Part shown: positions 12,069 to 24,667 of the stretch, piece by piece
Position numbering within the stretch: the first letter of the stretch is position 1
How the letters are laid out: each line of letters begins with the position of its first letter
Origin: Eledone cirrhosa
Taxonomy: Eukaryota
Length of the DNA: 64,000 nt
Reading direction: 5' to 3'
Assembly (NCBI GenBank): GCA_964016885.1
Contig: OZ024743.1
Coordinates: 298,344,001 to 298,408,000, forward strand
Program-made: the position numbers and the translations under genes
Notes under the pieces: model-generated
Database searches by the model: none
Told to the model about the DNA's origin: nothing
What the model saw: only the letters and a program-made list of their open reading frames with translations

Positions 12069-12780
12069 CTAGCTGAGGTACCCGGCTTCACTCGGGAGAA
12101 TAGTTAAGAGAAAACGAATAAAAGCGAAAACTGCTGTATTGGATGTGTTGTCTGGTATGAGGTGAGACCGTAATGTGTGTGTGAGAGATAAAAACAATCA
12201 TAAAACTTCCTTATTAGGCTGGGGGAGTAAACTGCCGATTAAATGGTAGCATTGCCCTTGGATTTTAAATGTTGTGAAATAACCATAGTCAGTACGATCT
12301 TTTTCAGCTACAAAGGACGTCATCTGAAACACAGCAATATACTGCATAACATTGCTTCTGAAGTGTTGCTTCGTTAGTATGGTCTGTAAGTAGTATATGA
12401 ATAAAAGCTGGAGGGTAGATTAATTTCAAATAGTATCAATTTTTCTTTGTTCTGTAAAATCAAAGATTGTAAAACGACTTTATTAAAGCTAACGCAATAT
12501 AGTTAAACGTTCAACTGATACTTTTCTGGGACGTCACTCTCTCTCTCTCTTTCTCTGAATATCTAACACTTTAATTGTATCTCTCTCTGTATAACAACCT
12601 ATCTCTCTCTTTCTGCCTCTCCCTCTGTGTTTCTCTCTCTCTTTAGATGTGTGTGTATGTATTTGTGTGAGTGTGTTTGGTTGAATCACACAAAAACTAC
12701 ACCCACACACACTCACACAAATACATACACACACTCACTCACACAAACACATCTTTCTTTTATATTATATATATATTATA
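12069..12780 (-). mobile_element. Deleted Helitron with a Rep/helicase N-terminal remnant
   Basis: 3' hairpin cccg..cggg + CTAG|T; 12207-12365 encodes FQMTSFVA...FKIQGQCYHLIGSLLP; shares an internal block with 3772-4608. Confidence 0.8.
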
Positions 12781-12789
12781 TATATATAT

Positions 12790-14677
12790 GATGGATGGTT
12801 CATGAAAGTAACAGAAAGAGTCATAGCACAGTTTATTAGGGACAGGGTAAAACTAGATGAGATGTAGTTTGGATTTGTGCCAGGCAAAATCACCACTGAT
12901 GCCCTCTTCCTTGTGAGACAGTTACAGGAAAAGTACCTAACTAAAAGTAAACCTCTCTACCTGGCATTTGTGGATCTGGAGAAAGCTTTCAACAGAGTGC
13001 CCTGTAATATAATTTGGTGGGCTCTTAGAAAACTAGCATTAGATGAATGGCTTGTGAAAGCTGTACAAGCCATGTATAGAGGAGCAGTCAGCAAAGTCAG
13101 GATTAACAATGACTATAGCAAGGAATGGTGCATGGCTGAGTAGTTTGAGAATTGGATTTGCAATCGGGAGGTTGTGAGTTCGATTTCCGGACCGGGTGAT
13201 GCATTATGTCCTTGAGCAAGACACTTTGTTTCATGTTGCTCCTTCTACCTGGAGTTGCAATCGATAGATAGTATTAGCAATTGGAAAGACCAATGGAAAC
13301 ATTGTTTGCTTGGTCCGATTTGACGAAAGTTGATCGACTATATATGTAGCGAGGAATTTAGCATACAAGTTGGCGTCCACTAGGGCTCTGTTCTTAGCCT
13401 GCTCCTGTTTATTATCGTTTTGCAGGCTATAACGGAGGAGTTTAAGACCAGCTGCCCATGGGAACTTCTGTATGTGGATGATTTTACACTCATAGCTGAA
13501 TCTATGGTGGAACTAGAGAAGAAATTCCAAACATGGAAGCAGGGCCTAGAAAGAAAGGGTCTTAAAGTCAACCTGACAAAGACTAAGGGGAAATGGCCTT
13601 GTTCAGTATGTAGGAAAGGCATAGGTAGAAACTCCATACTCTGCCCCATATGCAAACTAGGGGTACACAAGAGATGTAGTGGGATCTCAGGAAGTTTAGC
13701 TAAGAATGTAGGCTTTACATGTAGAAGTTGCACTGGAACAGTAAGTAGCAAACGACTGCAGGAAACAAGCACTACCAAATTCCGGGAGGGCTCTGTAGAA
13801 ACAGTAGACAGCTCCTGCTATCTAGGTGACTGAATTAGCAGCAATGGTGGGTGTTCTGAAAGAACAGGATGGAGGAAGTTCAGGGAGCTACTGCCACTGC
13901 TGGCTACAAAAGGCTTCTCCCTCAGAATGAAAGGCAGACTGCATGATACGTGAATATGAACAGCTATGTTGCATGGTAGTGTGACCTGGGCACTGTGTGC
14001 AGAAGACTTGCGTACATTGGAAAGAAATGAAGCTTGCATGCTCCGATAGGATGTGTAATAGTAATATACTAGAATGGCAAAGCATAAATGAACAGAGAGA
14101 GAAACTAGGCATAAGAGGAAACAAATGCTGTGTGCAGGAGAGGAGATTGCATTGGTATGGACATGTGATGTGTATGAAGGATGACAGAGCGCTCAAAGTC
14201 AATGGAAGCCTTGGAGTAGGGAGACCCAGGAAGACTTGGGATGAGGTGATAAAAACTGACCTTGCCCAATTACGCCCCTCCGAGATGATGACACATGACC
14301 TGATTCCCACGAGCACAAGTCGAAGCATATATACAGTTTGCCCACCTCACCCTCCCATACACTCCCATGAGGACAGGCCAAAGTAAATGCATCCAGTAAA
14401 GCCCTTAGCCCACACTGTAAAGTGATTGTGATGGTGACACGACAAAAAGCACTCAGCCCTCACTGTAAAGTGGTTGTGTAGGAGTCACAGCAAAAAGCAC
14501 CCAGTTCTCACTGTAAATGAGGTTGGCGTTAGGAAGGGCATCCAGCTGTAGAAACCAAGCCAGAATCAGTCCTGTATGAGTAAGATTTGCTCAACTGATC
14601 TAGCATTGCCTACAACAGGACAATCCGTCTAACCCATGCTAGCATGGAAAATGGACGTAAGATGGAGGTGATGATGA
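12790..14677 (+). mobile_element. 5'-truncated RTE LINE of the same family, interrupted by a SINE
   Basis: ORFs 12877-13143, 13420-13833 and 13997-14386 are homologous to the 8-11 kb element; 3' UTR and ATG tail present. Confidence 0.92.
13127..13346 (+). mobile_element. tRNA-head CORE-like SINE nested in the RTE, 11-bp TSD
   Basis: TSD tagcaaggaat (13116-26) / tagcgaggaat (13347-57); A/B-box-like head; ccttgagcaagacactt core; related copy at about 37000-37200. Confidence 0.8.
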
Positions 14678-14932
14678 TATGTATATACACACAAATATAT
14701 ATATATCATTGTAAATGTGGTTGGTGTTAGGAAGGGCATCCAACTGTAGAAAACCTGCCAGACAGTCCTATGCGAGCAAGACAATCACTCTTGCCTCAAG
14801 TGGGACTACCCCGTCCAAACCCATGCAAGCGTGGAACACGGACGTTAAACGTTGATGATGATGATGATGATGATGATCATTATCAATATATATATATATA
14901 TGTGTATGTGTGTATATATATATATATATATC

Positions 14933-15485
14933 TGTCTCATGGTCGGGTCGTTGGCGACTAAACTGGCAACCCACCAAGGTTTCTTGGTGAGGAGGGTGAC
15001 TTTGGACATCCTACAGAAAAACAAAACCTGTCAAAGGGCAAAGGAGTTCTTAAGAGTCAATGGCCATCCAAAATCACCGGGAGAGATGACCCCTTAGCCT
15101 TTGTCAAGGCAGAATTCTAGGAGAAGGAAAACTCTGATATAACACCTGCTACCCTGATGGTATCCAATGATGTCGACTTGTTCTTCTCTTTGGTAAATAT
15201 CAACTTGGTTAAGAGAGTGGGACTGGCTTTGTGCAGTGCCTTTGCTCACTATAAAAGCTTCACGGCACAGGCATTGCTTTATATCTGGAGATCTCTCAGC
15301 ACTTGTCGTCACATGGTACCATGGGCCCAGCACTATGTGTCAATAATTGTCACAAGTGTAGTGTTTATACCAGAATTTTCAAGTCGCTGGCTGGACTAAA
15401 AAGTCACACTCGTTCAGCGCATCGATAGGGGTTCTCCTACATGGATATAAAGTAGTGGCCATACTCGAAAACGAGTTGGCAGCCA

Positions 15486-15489
<4 letters not shown>
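14933..15489 (+). mobile_element. Bipartite non-autonomous RTE derivative (5' region fused to 3' end)
   Basis: RTE-type 5' motif ctaggagaaggaaaactctga; C-terminal C2H2 remnant KCSVYTRIFKSLAGLKSHTRSAH* (15351-15428); (TA)n flanks. Confidence 0.6.
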
Positions 15490-15525
<36 letters not shown>

Positions 15526-15527
15526 AC

Positions 15528-15561
<34 letters not shown>

Positions 15562-16204
15562 TGTTACATTGGTACCATAAAACATCCAGCTCACTCTGTA
15601 ACGACCAAGCCTGTACTGATGAATATTGTCTCCCAGACAATCCAAGGATCTGTCATCTCACTTATATATGATCTCATGTTCTACCAAGTGGAGATTGTCA
15701 TGAGGGTACTCACATACATATATCATCATTGTTGTTTTAATGCTTGCTTTTCTTGCTAGCAAGGGTTAGACATATATATATATAACAGTTGATTGACAAA
15801 ATCTCAGGCTTCATTCACTTAACGAGTGGGATTGAGTTCATCAAATTGGTTTTTCCAATTGCTAATACTATCCACATGTACAGTGTGTGCTGGGTGCTTT
15901 TTGTCATGACACCTACACAACCACTTTACAGTGTATTTATATATATATATATATAATAATAATAACAATACAAGGATGATTTGTTAAGCCTTCATGCTTA
16001 TTGGTTGGTGATGTGCATTTCGCTATTGATCAGCTCAAGGTCTGATCTGTATCGATCTGGATGAAGGCTTAACAAATCATCCTTGTATTATCATATTACA
16101 CTCTGTTTAGCTCTACACCTCGCTACTGACGTGAACCTAAACACTGAGTTCTCACCTGGGTGAACCTACAGTAACTTCACGTTACACTCCCTAGATATAT
16201 ATAT

Positions 16205-17220
16205 ATAATGTGGAAAGAGATATAAGGCTAAACAATACAAAATGAACTGTAAGATGAGGTAATGAAAAAGTAAGTTACCTGATAATCTTTGTTTTTTGTT
16301 CTTGCAGTTGTTTCTTTCGTCCTAATATTTTGGGACCTAAAATTCCCTTCTTCAGAGTTTAAGGAACTTTCAGGGAATTATGTTGTTTTTTTCCTCTTTG
16401 GGATTAAATTTTGATTTAAATCTCTTAAGTCGTTTTCAAGCATTTTTTAATGGTTATTTCGCTATTCACAAGAATGACATCAATTGCCTATAGAGTATTT
16501 CATGAAATCAATTTTTCTTTTTATCGTATGAGATCTTGGTTAGTTTGTGTACGTGTGGGTGTGTCTTTTTATCTTAAGTATTGCGTGTTGAGTTCTAATC
16601 TATTGTTCATTTGCAGGTTGAGTCTACATATGAGCAAGGCTTCCTTAATTCTTAAATTGCCCACATTTCTATCTTTAGCTTCAATATTGACTGTAATATT
16701 TTTGTTAGTATTTCTACATTTGTCAATGTGTTCTTTGAATGAGGATGCGTCTGTGTTGAGGTGTCCTTTAATGCGAGTGTAGAGTGCTCGAGTCATGTTA
16801 CCAATGTAGAACTCTTTACATTTGCTGCATTCAATCCGGCATACCACATGTGTCTAGAAGCACATACCTGTGTTGCGGATAGGGTAGTTAGTCAGTGAGC
16901 ATTGGTTGTTGTTGTCTCATGATTGCTTTTTAGATAGGTATCCATGCAGTGAAGGGACGGATTGTGTTAATTGTATGTCCAGTCCTTGTTTGCGGATGGC
17001 TCTGCGGATAGCTATGGTTATGCTTTCGCTGAAGTTTGGTACTTTCATGAAGCAGGTGTTAGAGGAGGTCTTATGCCTGTGGCACCTTTGATTGTTAAGA
17101 CAATTCATTGTGGATGTTGGGTATCCATTCATTTTCAGTACATCTATGAAGTGTGCAGTATGAGTGATCTGGTCCTCTGTATTGCTGCATTTATTCTGGA
17201 TATGCATAAGTTAATTTCTT
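16205..17220 (-). mobile_element. Penelope-like element 3' fragment (linker + GIY-YIG endonuclease + degenerate hammerhead tail)
   Basis: ORFs 16917-17207 (LKMNGYP) and 16569-16847 (CSKCKEFYIGNMTRALYTRIKGH...LRIKEALLI). Confidence 0.88.
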
Positions 17221-17424
17221 ATGTATCTCCAACACAATATAGCTGTCCAACCCATGTCGGCGTGGAAAAACATGTTAAATGATGATGATGTTGGTGATGA
17301 TGATGATGATGACGCCAATGACAATAACAATGATTATGACAATGATGATGACAACATATACATTTATATGCTTAATTTATATATTTATATATTTATAATG
17401 ATGAACAATAAAATCTGTTGATAG

Positions 17425-17496
17425 ATGTGGAAAGGTTTCCTGCAGAGAAAGCGAACATCTGTAGAAAGAAATGCTGAATTTGAGTTTTTGGGAATG
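17425..17496 (+). CDS. IQCA1: IQCA1 exon 3 (MWKGFLQRKRTSVERNAEFEFLGM)
   Basis: ag/gt boundaries, 72 nt, second half of the IQ motif; not in the ORF track. Confidence 0.9.
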
Positions 17497-18074
17497 GTAA
17501 GAGAATTTCTTGTTTATATTCTTCAGTGTCAGGCAGCGAATTGACAGAGTTGTAGGAATGTTGGATAGAATACTTTGCTGTATTCGTTTCAGCTCTCTGC
17601 TCTCTCTCAGTTCAAATTCCACTGAGGTCCACTTTGCTTTTCATCCATTCAAGGTTGATAAAAAAGTACCAGTCTAGTACTGGGGTTGATTCTTCCTCTA
17701 TATCTCTTTCTCACTTCTATTCTCTCATTCTCTATCCTTCTCTGGAAGAAATCTGCTGTATTTAGATCTAGAGAGGAGATGAGCTCCACTAGCTTTAAAA
17801 AGTGCCCTAGAAACGCCATATGTCAATATGGTGCCCCTACGATTCACCCAAGAGTTATGGGATAGAGAAGAGAAGATTCTTCAGTGTCACTTTTGAGACA
17901 TTCTATTTAGTTTTTGAAAGAGTTAACTTAGTTTGAGACATTATACAAGTACACCACCAAATTTCTGATAAATGAATCATTACTTTAATTATCTTTGACT
18001 GACTAGATTAGCTAATTCAGGTTAATATGTGGCATTAGATTTAATTTTAAGCATTTGTGCTTTCATATTATTAT

Positions 18075-18490
18075 GTTGAGTCAGTGTTGTTGTATGTATC
18101 AGGTATATGGACCCTGACACAAGCACTTGAGAAGAAATTAGATGTTGCATACACTAAAATGCTTAGCGTTGTACAAAACATAAACTCGTGTCAACATATT
18201 ACAAATGAAAGCTTATATGGAAATTTGCCCAAGATAACTACAATTGCTCAAAGGTGGTTACAATTTGCAGGACATTGCTGGAAAAGTAAGCAGGAAGTTA
18301 AACATAAGCTACTATTGTGGGAACCAACTCATGGGAGATGGAGTAGAGGAAGACTTGCTAAAAATTTCATCAATCTACTCTCAGACAATACAAACCTTAA
18401 TTAGGAGGTGTTGGCGGAAGCAATGGAAAATCATGAATTGTGGAGAGACTTTGTCAGGAATGTTTGACTCTTGACACAATGATATGATAT
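18075..18490 (+). mobile_element. 3' fragment of a second RTE/RTE-X family
   Basis: ORF 18057-18404: VESVLLY...WTLT...LQFAGHC...LLLWEPTHG..SRGR. Confidence 0.8.
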
Positions 18491-19534
18491 ATATTATTAT
18501 AGTTGAAGTTTAGGGAGAGTGTTTCTGGCTTCGTAATATGTTTCTAGTAAATTATTATCTAATCAGGCAAAAGAATCAATCCAGCAGTGGTATGTAACTA
18601 AGGGTCCAAGAAATTGTGGGTGTATTCATTGTTGCCTTTTAATAGGGTTAACTTACATATGAAGCATTGAAGTAGTGGAAGTGGTAACTTACCTTTTAAT
18701 TGAGTTTAGAAAATATTTATAGGAGTATTCCCTTCATCGCATTTGAATTAGATTAGATGTAATGAATTTTTTTTTTATATATATATAGTTTTTATTGCAA
18801 GAATTTGTGTTGTTATTTAACTCTTACCTCAGTTCTAATGAAGCAAACCTTTCATTAAAGAAATTCCAGCTGTGAGCATCATTTTGTATACCTATTACTT
18901 ACATTGTCTAATAGGCCCTTATTTAAAAAAAGAAATAGGGTGCAGGAGACTTTGGATGATATTTTTAGCAGGTTGTGCAACAGGGTAGAGGCTCAGGTAA
19001 TTTGTGGGAGATTTGTCTCCTATTTTTAGCAGGTTAAACAACAGGGTATAGCCTCAGATACACCAGAAAATATATGCTAAAAGTAGAAGTGGTTTGGAAT
19101 AACTAAATATCTCTTCAACACTGAGATTAGTAAATGTTGAAACAGAAAAATGGACAAATGACAAATTTGAAATCGATGTAATTTCAGAAAGGAAAAGCTT
19201 CATGTATTGTTTGATGTAGGGTATTAGGAGAAATTGATTGGATGTTGAGAAATTTTAGACTGTTAGTTTATTGCAAAGTTTTAAGCAAATTTGCCAAAAC
19301 ATTAGAAAGAATGGATGGACAACCAGCTGAAATGTCAGTAGTTTCTATTGTTGTTATGAGAACTATTTGCTGAGAATCAATTCAGTATTTCTTTCAGTGT
19401 CTGGCAAGTCTGCATAGAATGGTGATGTGACTTTAGATCCAATGTTTTCAACTGCTTGCTGTTTTTGTGACTAATTGCAATTTCAGGAAAAAAAAAAAAT
19501 GCATTCTGCTATTTAATGCAAATATTATTTATAT

Positions 19535-20090
19535 AATAATGAAATTATTGTGTACAGTGCTCAGGTGCATTACAACTCATCAAAGGTGCATGTATAGTAC
19601 ATAGAATTATGTACAAATGTCAGGAAAGTGAACAGTATATGAGCCATGATATACACACAGCCACACACATGCGTGCATGTGTATGGAGGTGGAATATCAG
19701 ATGTAGTATTAGTGAATTTCAAGAAGCAAGGCGTTCAAAGTATGATAGATGCCTTATGGAGAGTATTCGATTGGTTGCACGTCTCTGATCAGTTTCCAGG
19801 AGGTCAATGTTTTGAGCAAGATAGGGGTTCCAGACTGATGATGCAAATTCTAAGTGTGGCCGTATCATAGCTATATACAGCTTTGAATAGATAGCTGGAG
19901 AGCGGCTGACAAAGGTCTTGCTGAGTGATGCTAAGACACCCTCAGCCTTCTTGACAATTTTAGAGGTGTGCTTTTTCCAACACAAATCGCTGCTGACAGT
20001 AATGCCCAGGTCACGTTCACAAGAAGACTTCTTAAGATTAGTGTTGTGGAAGGAGTATGTGAATGCTGGGTTTTTCCTCCCAAAATACAT
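19535..20090 (-). mobile_element. CR1-group LINE 3' fragment
   Basis: ERDLGITVSSDL...RPHLEFASSVWNPY...QRRAT; (ATT)n tail. Confidence 0.88.
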
Positions 20091-21404
20091 GTCAATTGTA
20101 GTTGATGCAATATGTCTGAAGAATGAAGATGTGACGAAATTAGTAAGTAGAGTGAGTCTTTGTTTTTCAGTCAGCAAGGGAATTTAGAAATGTAGTTTTA
20201 CTTTGTGGTTGTATCAGATGAGGTGCCATAAAATTGATGTGGTTAAAGAAAACTTTCTGTTATTTTTGTTGCTGTTATTATTATATTTCAATTGTTGGGG
20301 CAAGAAACAGTTGCTGAAAATCAAATCATTATATTCAACTCAATCATTCTACTTTACTATTCAAAGTAAAAATATAAGCTTATCAATGTTTAATGCAAAC
20401 GGTGGCTGCCAGCCTTCAGCCATAAGATACCTAGATTTGAAGCAACAACCATGATTTCATAGCATTCATCCTTCAACCAATCTTGCCTTGTCTCTGTAGT
20501 AAAGACAATTCTCAAAAGGCTCAAATAAATAGGAGATGTAATTCAATATCAAGTTTAAGACCAGTATTTGGCTCTGGTATGCCTTTAGCTGAATCTACTT
20601 TGTTGCAAACATTTGGACAAAGTTTCTGATTTAATGATAACTCTATATTGATGTCTTGCTTTCTACTCTCACCCAACAGCACTAACCAGTCACTGAGGTC
20701 CTTCAAAAGGTCGTGTTTCCCTTTCTATTTTTACTAAGCCACAAAAATGTTTACTTAGTTCTAATTAAGTTATTGTTGTCTAGATCTAAGCCAGTTCTGA
20801 TCAAGCAGAACTGTGGTCAAATGTATTTCAGTTGTGAGCATCCCATATTTTTTGTATCTAGAACTAGAGTTCATGTGTCTTTGCTTTTTTAAGACAGTAG
20901 AGTGTGATTTGAGGACAATTTGGCTTCTGTTTCTAGCAGTTTGGGACTATAGGTTAATACAAGCAGTAGGTTCAGTGGAATTGATGTGTGATTAATGATC
21001 ATGTAGTACTGAGGTTTATCCTCCCTGTGAATAGGATGTGTGTCTGTTCACAGAGAGATTTATTTCTTATCTGCTTAATGCTATGGCAACTTGATATAGT
21101 ATTGTCCCCCATGAAACATGGATGTCAGTGTTTAGACATGTCACAGTCAATTAGACCTAATTATATTATTTCTTTTACAGTCTGAGTTCAAATCCCGCCA
21201 AGGTTAACTTTGCCTTTCATCCTTATGGGGTTGATAAAATAAAGCACTAGTAACGTACTGGGGTCGATTTAATTGACTTTCCCCTCCCCCAAATTACTGG
21301 CCTTGTGCCTATACTAGGCATTATTTCTTTTATACAATATTTGAAATTTCATATATCATTAATTTATTGTATCAGAAATTGATATATTTTTGTGCCATTT
21401 TAAG

Positions 21405-21613
21405 ATTCCTTCACAGTCATCTGAAATCCAGAATGATTTATCACAAGCAGCTGCATTGAGTACCATGGAGAAACGCCGAGCTGTACAGGAAATACATGAG
21501 CAGGAATATCAGCAAGCGTTGATAACTGTCAAAGAAAGAATTCAAGATGTTGAAGGTTCTGACATGAAAGAACGAATGCAGGATCAGATACGGCAATGGT
21601 TTATTGAATGCAG
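21405..21613 (+). CDS. IQCA1: IQCA1 exon 4 (IPSQSSEIQ...QIRQWFIECR)
   Basis: ttttaag acceptor, gtacag donor, phase 0/2. Confidence 0.92.
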
Positions 21614-22705
21614 GTACAGTTCTGAATAAGTGTTCTTTACTAGTATCATTGTTTCATTCTATGACTGTTCATACTTTCAAGGTCAATTTAGTACTGGGGT
21701 TGATTTTTCCTCTATATCTCTTTCTCACTTCCTCTCTCTCACTTTCTATTGTTTTTTGGAAGAAATCTGCTGTGTTCAGACCTGGAGAGGGATAGGCTCC
21801 AATCAGGCTTAAATTGCTGTATGCCACTATGGCGCACTTACGACTCTAACAAGAGTTACGGGACCATACCATACCATAAAATTGATGCACATATTAAAAT
21901 AGTTGGGTGTGGTAGTTTAAGCTGGTTAGTTGCTTTATGGTGGTGGCAAATTGACAGAGTCATTAAAGCGTCAGATAGAATGATTTGCAGTATTTATTCA
22001 GGCTCTCTACACCCTGAGTTCAAATTTCACTGAGGTCAACTTTGTTGTTCATCCATTCAAGGTCAATAAAGCAAGTACCAGTTCAATACTAAGGTTGATT
22101 CTTTCTCAATATCTCTTTTGTATTTCCTCTTTCTTGCTCTCTCTCTGTGGAAGAAATCAGATCTGAAGAGGAATGAGCTTTGCCCAGTTTAAATGCCCAA
22201 GATACACAGTATATCACTTCTCTGCTCCTATAATTCCATTATGAGTTATGGGCCCATGGTTATGCCCATGACCAGTTTCTTTATATTTTTACAATAATTT
22301 TGATGTTTAGGGGCTGGACTTTTGATCACATAATTGAAAACGGAATTTTTGCCACTGTGTTGTCATTGTGTTGTTTTCTATGTTCACTACACACAATGTT
22401 ATTTGCTTCAGTCTACCTTGCTGATAAGCAACTGGTTAAATATCTGATTTGCATTTAGAAGAAAAACCCTAGTGTAAAAGCCAGATCATAATATAATATA
22501 TAAAACAACAATAATATATAAAACAACAACAAAAACATTTATAATAAATTACAAAAGTATAATTAAAATATAATACAAACACACTGCTAAAGAGACAGTG
22601 ACTAATGGAAGATGGGCCATAATTTCCAAATGAAGAGTGTTTCTGAAATGTCTGTGGCTAAGAACGTTTAATAATTTGTAAAGAGATGGTGTATTATTAT
22701 TTCAG

Positions 22706-22814
22706 AGATGCCTGTGGTAAATTCCCTGAATATCCCCCTGCAGAAGACGGTGGTTCTGCAATACTCTTTTTAGATAAAGACCCTGCAGAATTGGAATTAG
22801 AGCTTACGGCAAAG
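22706..22814 (+). CDS. IQCA1: IQCA1 exon 5 (DACGKFPEYPPAEDGGSAILF...ELTAK)
   Basis: tttcag/gtaagg boundaries, phase 2/0, FPEYP..E.GGSA motif. Confidence 0.92.
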
Positions 22815-23733
22815 GTAAGGTCATAGGTGACTGTCTGTATTTTTGTCCTTTTTATTGGACTGATCTGAAAGCAGGGGCTGTGTTCATGGTCCTTAAAGTC
22901 AGTTGATAATGTTTCTTGAGAACAGATGAAAATTGATGGCTGCAGAAAATGTATGAGCAGGGATGGAATTCTAGAGAGCTGATGTTTCTGAGGATGAGGG
23001 ACAGGAAATTGTGGTTAATAAAGAATTTTGGCTTTAAAACTAAGTATGTTTGCATCATCATCATCATTGTCATCAGTAGCAGGAGCACCACCACCACCGT
23101 TACTGCCACTGCTGCTGTCATCACCATTGCCACTGCCATTCTGGTATTCTTGGCCTTTGGATCACTTCTTTATTCCCTCCTATCAAGGCAGAGTTGGCTA
23201 TCTGCAAGTGTGAGTCTGCAAGATGGAGTGGCTGTTCTAGCACATCTTCCTCACCATACTCTGGGGCAATGTCTTCTCCATTCAGTCTATTGGGACCGCG
23301 AGGTAGACTAACCCTTAAACCCTTAAACAGTGAGTAGTAAATACAGATCTCACAAACAGTCAGAAATGTATAGACCTTCTTGGGTTAAGATTAATCTTGT
23401 TACTTTAAAATTGTTATTGTTGCCAGTAATTAGCTGTCATTTTGTAATCAGTTGCTGCCAGAGAGGCAATGATATGTTTCATGCTAAATGTATGTCCTGA
23501 ATGTTTTGTGATATCTGCATAATCTGGGAATATGACACACTGGCTGGTGTACCTCTGGTGCTATATTAGACATACTTAATCTGTGAGTCCAATGTGTATC
23601 TAATGTTATGTTAGACAAGTGTAATTTGTGAGTGTGAAATAGATGACTTGGTATGTTTTCAATGCAATGTTTATTTTGTATGGTCAAAGAAAAAAAGGAA
23701 AAATATATACCCACTCCAAAACTTTGGTTTCAG

Positions 23734-23817
23734 GATGAAGAAGACACTGAAAAGAAATCAAAAAAGAAAGAGGAAACTAAAGTAAAAGAGCAAAAGAAAT
23801 CTGGGAAAAAGAAAGAT
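23734..23817 (+). CDS. IQCA1: IQCA1 exon 6 (Lys/Glu-rich, DEEDTEKKSKKKEE...)
   Basis: tttcag/gtaagt boundaries, 84 nt, phase 0/0. Confidence 0.88.
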
Positions 23818-24239
23818 GTAAGTAAGGAGACATTATTGATAGAGGCATTCTTTTGAGTCATAGCTAGGATAGAATCATTGTTTATGGTAGAAGCATCATC
23901 ATTATTGGCAGCATTGGTGGAGCATCGGGCAACATGTTTTGAGTTCAAATTCTGCTGCGATTAACTTTGCCTTTCATCCATACAGGGTTGATGAAATAAA
24001 GAACCAGTAACACTCTGGGGTTGATTTTTCTTCTCACTTGCATTCCCTCATTTTCTCTATCCTTCTCTTGAGGAAATCTGCTGTGCTCATATCTGGCTTA
24101 AAATGCCCAAGAGATGCTCAATGTCATTACCGTGCCCCTACGACTCCATCAGGAGTTATGGGACCATACTATACCTCAACCACAAATTGCTGGCCTTGTG
24201 CTTAAATCAGAAACCATTATTATGCAAAAAAAAAAAAAA

Positions 24240-24441
24240 AGTGGCAGAATCGGTAGAGCGTCGGACAACACGGAGTTACGGCCCTTTACGTTCTGAGTTC
24301 AAATCCCGCCGAGGTTATCTTTGCCTTTCATCCTTATGGGGTCAATAAATAAAACACCAGTAATGCACTGGGCTCGATTTAATCAACTTTACCCTTCCCT
24401 TCAAATTGTTGGCCTTGTGCCTAAAGTAGAAACCATTATTA
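24240..24441 (+). mobile_element. Meta-domain-like SINE (at least 12 copies, e.g. about 1205, 5810, 17535, 21180, 21945, 23905, 24930, 26850, 39232, 39778, 41630, 53370, 62275)
   Basis: tggcagaatcggtagagcg...gagttcaaatccc head; gcctttcatccttatggggtcaataaa...accag central domain. Confidence 0.8.
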
Positions 24442-24591
24442 TGCCAAGAAAGTAAATAAATAAATAACCAGAACAGATTTGATATAAACAAATTTTGTGT
24501 TTGGTTCTGATATCATCAAACACTTTCAACAGAAATGTCTTGAACTGAAGATTCCAGTTACTAAATGTATTGCTTACTTCTATTCTAACAG

Positions 24592-24667
24592 ACGGAATAC
24601 GAGGGCTGGAAAATGACCCCTTCCAATTTTGTTTCTATTCTGCAAGAAGGGACTAACAAATATAAAC
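24592..24667 (+). CDS. IQCA1: IQCA1 exon 7 (TEYEGWKMTPSNFVSILQEGTNKYK)
   Basis: ctaacag/gtaagt boundaries, phase 0/1, WKM.PS.F motif. Confidence 0.9.

Noticed and set aside
15610-15660. CTGATGA followed by an attgtct/agacaat hairpin
   Set aside because: No GAAA or stem I partner; at best a heavily decayed motif.
20112-20150. CTGAAGA...GAAAttagTA
   Set aside because: Stems I and II do not pair; compatible with chance.
24240-24312. tRNA-like A/B boxes
   Set aside because: These are SINE heads with no complete cloverleaf; not tRNA genes.
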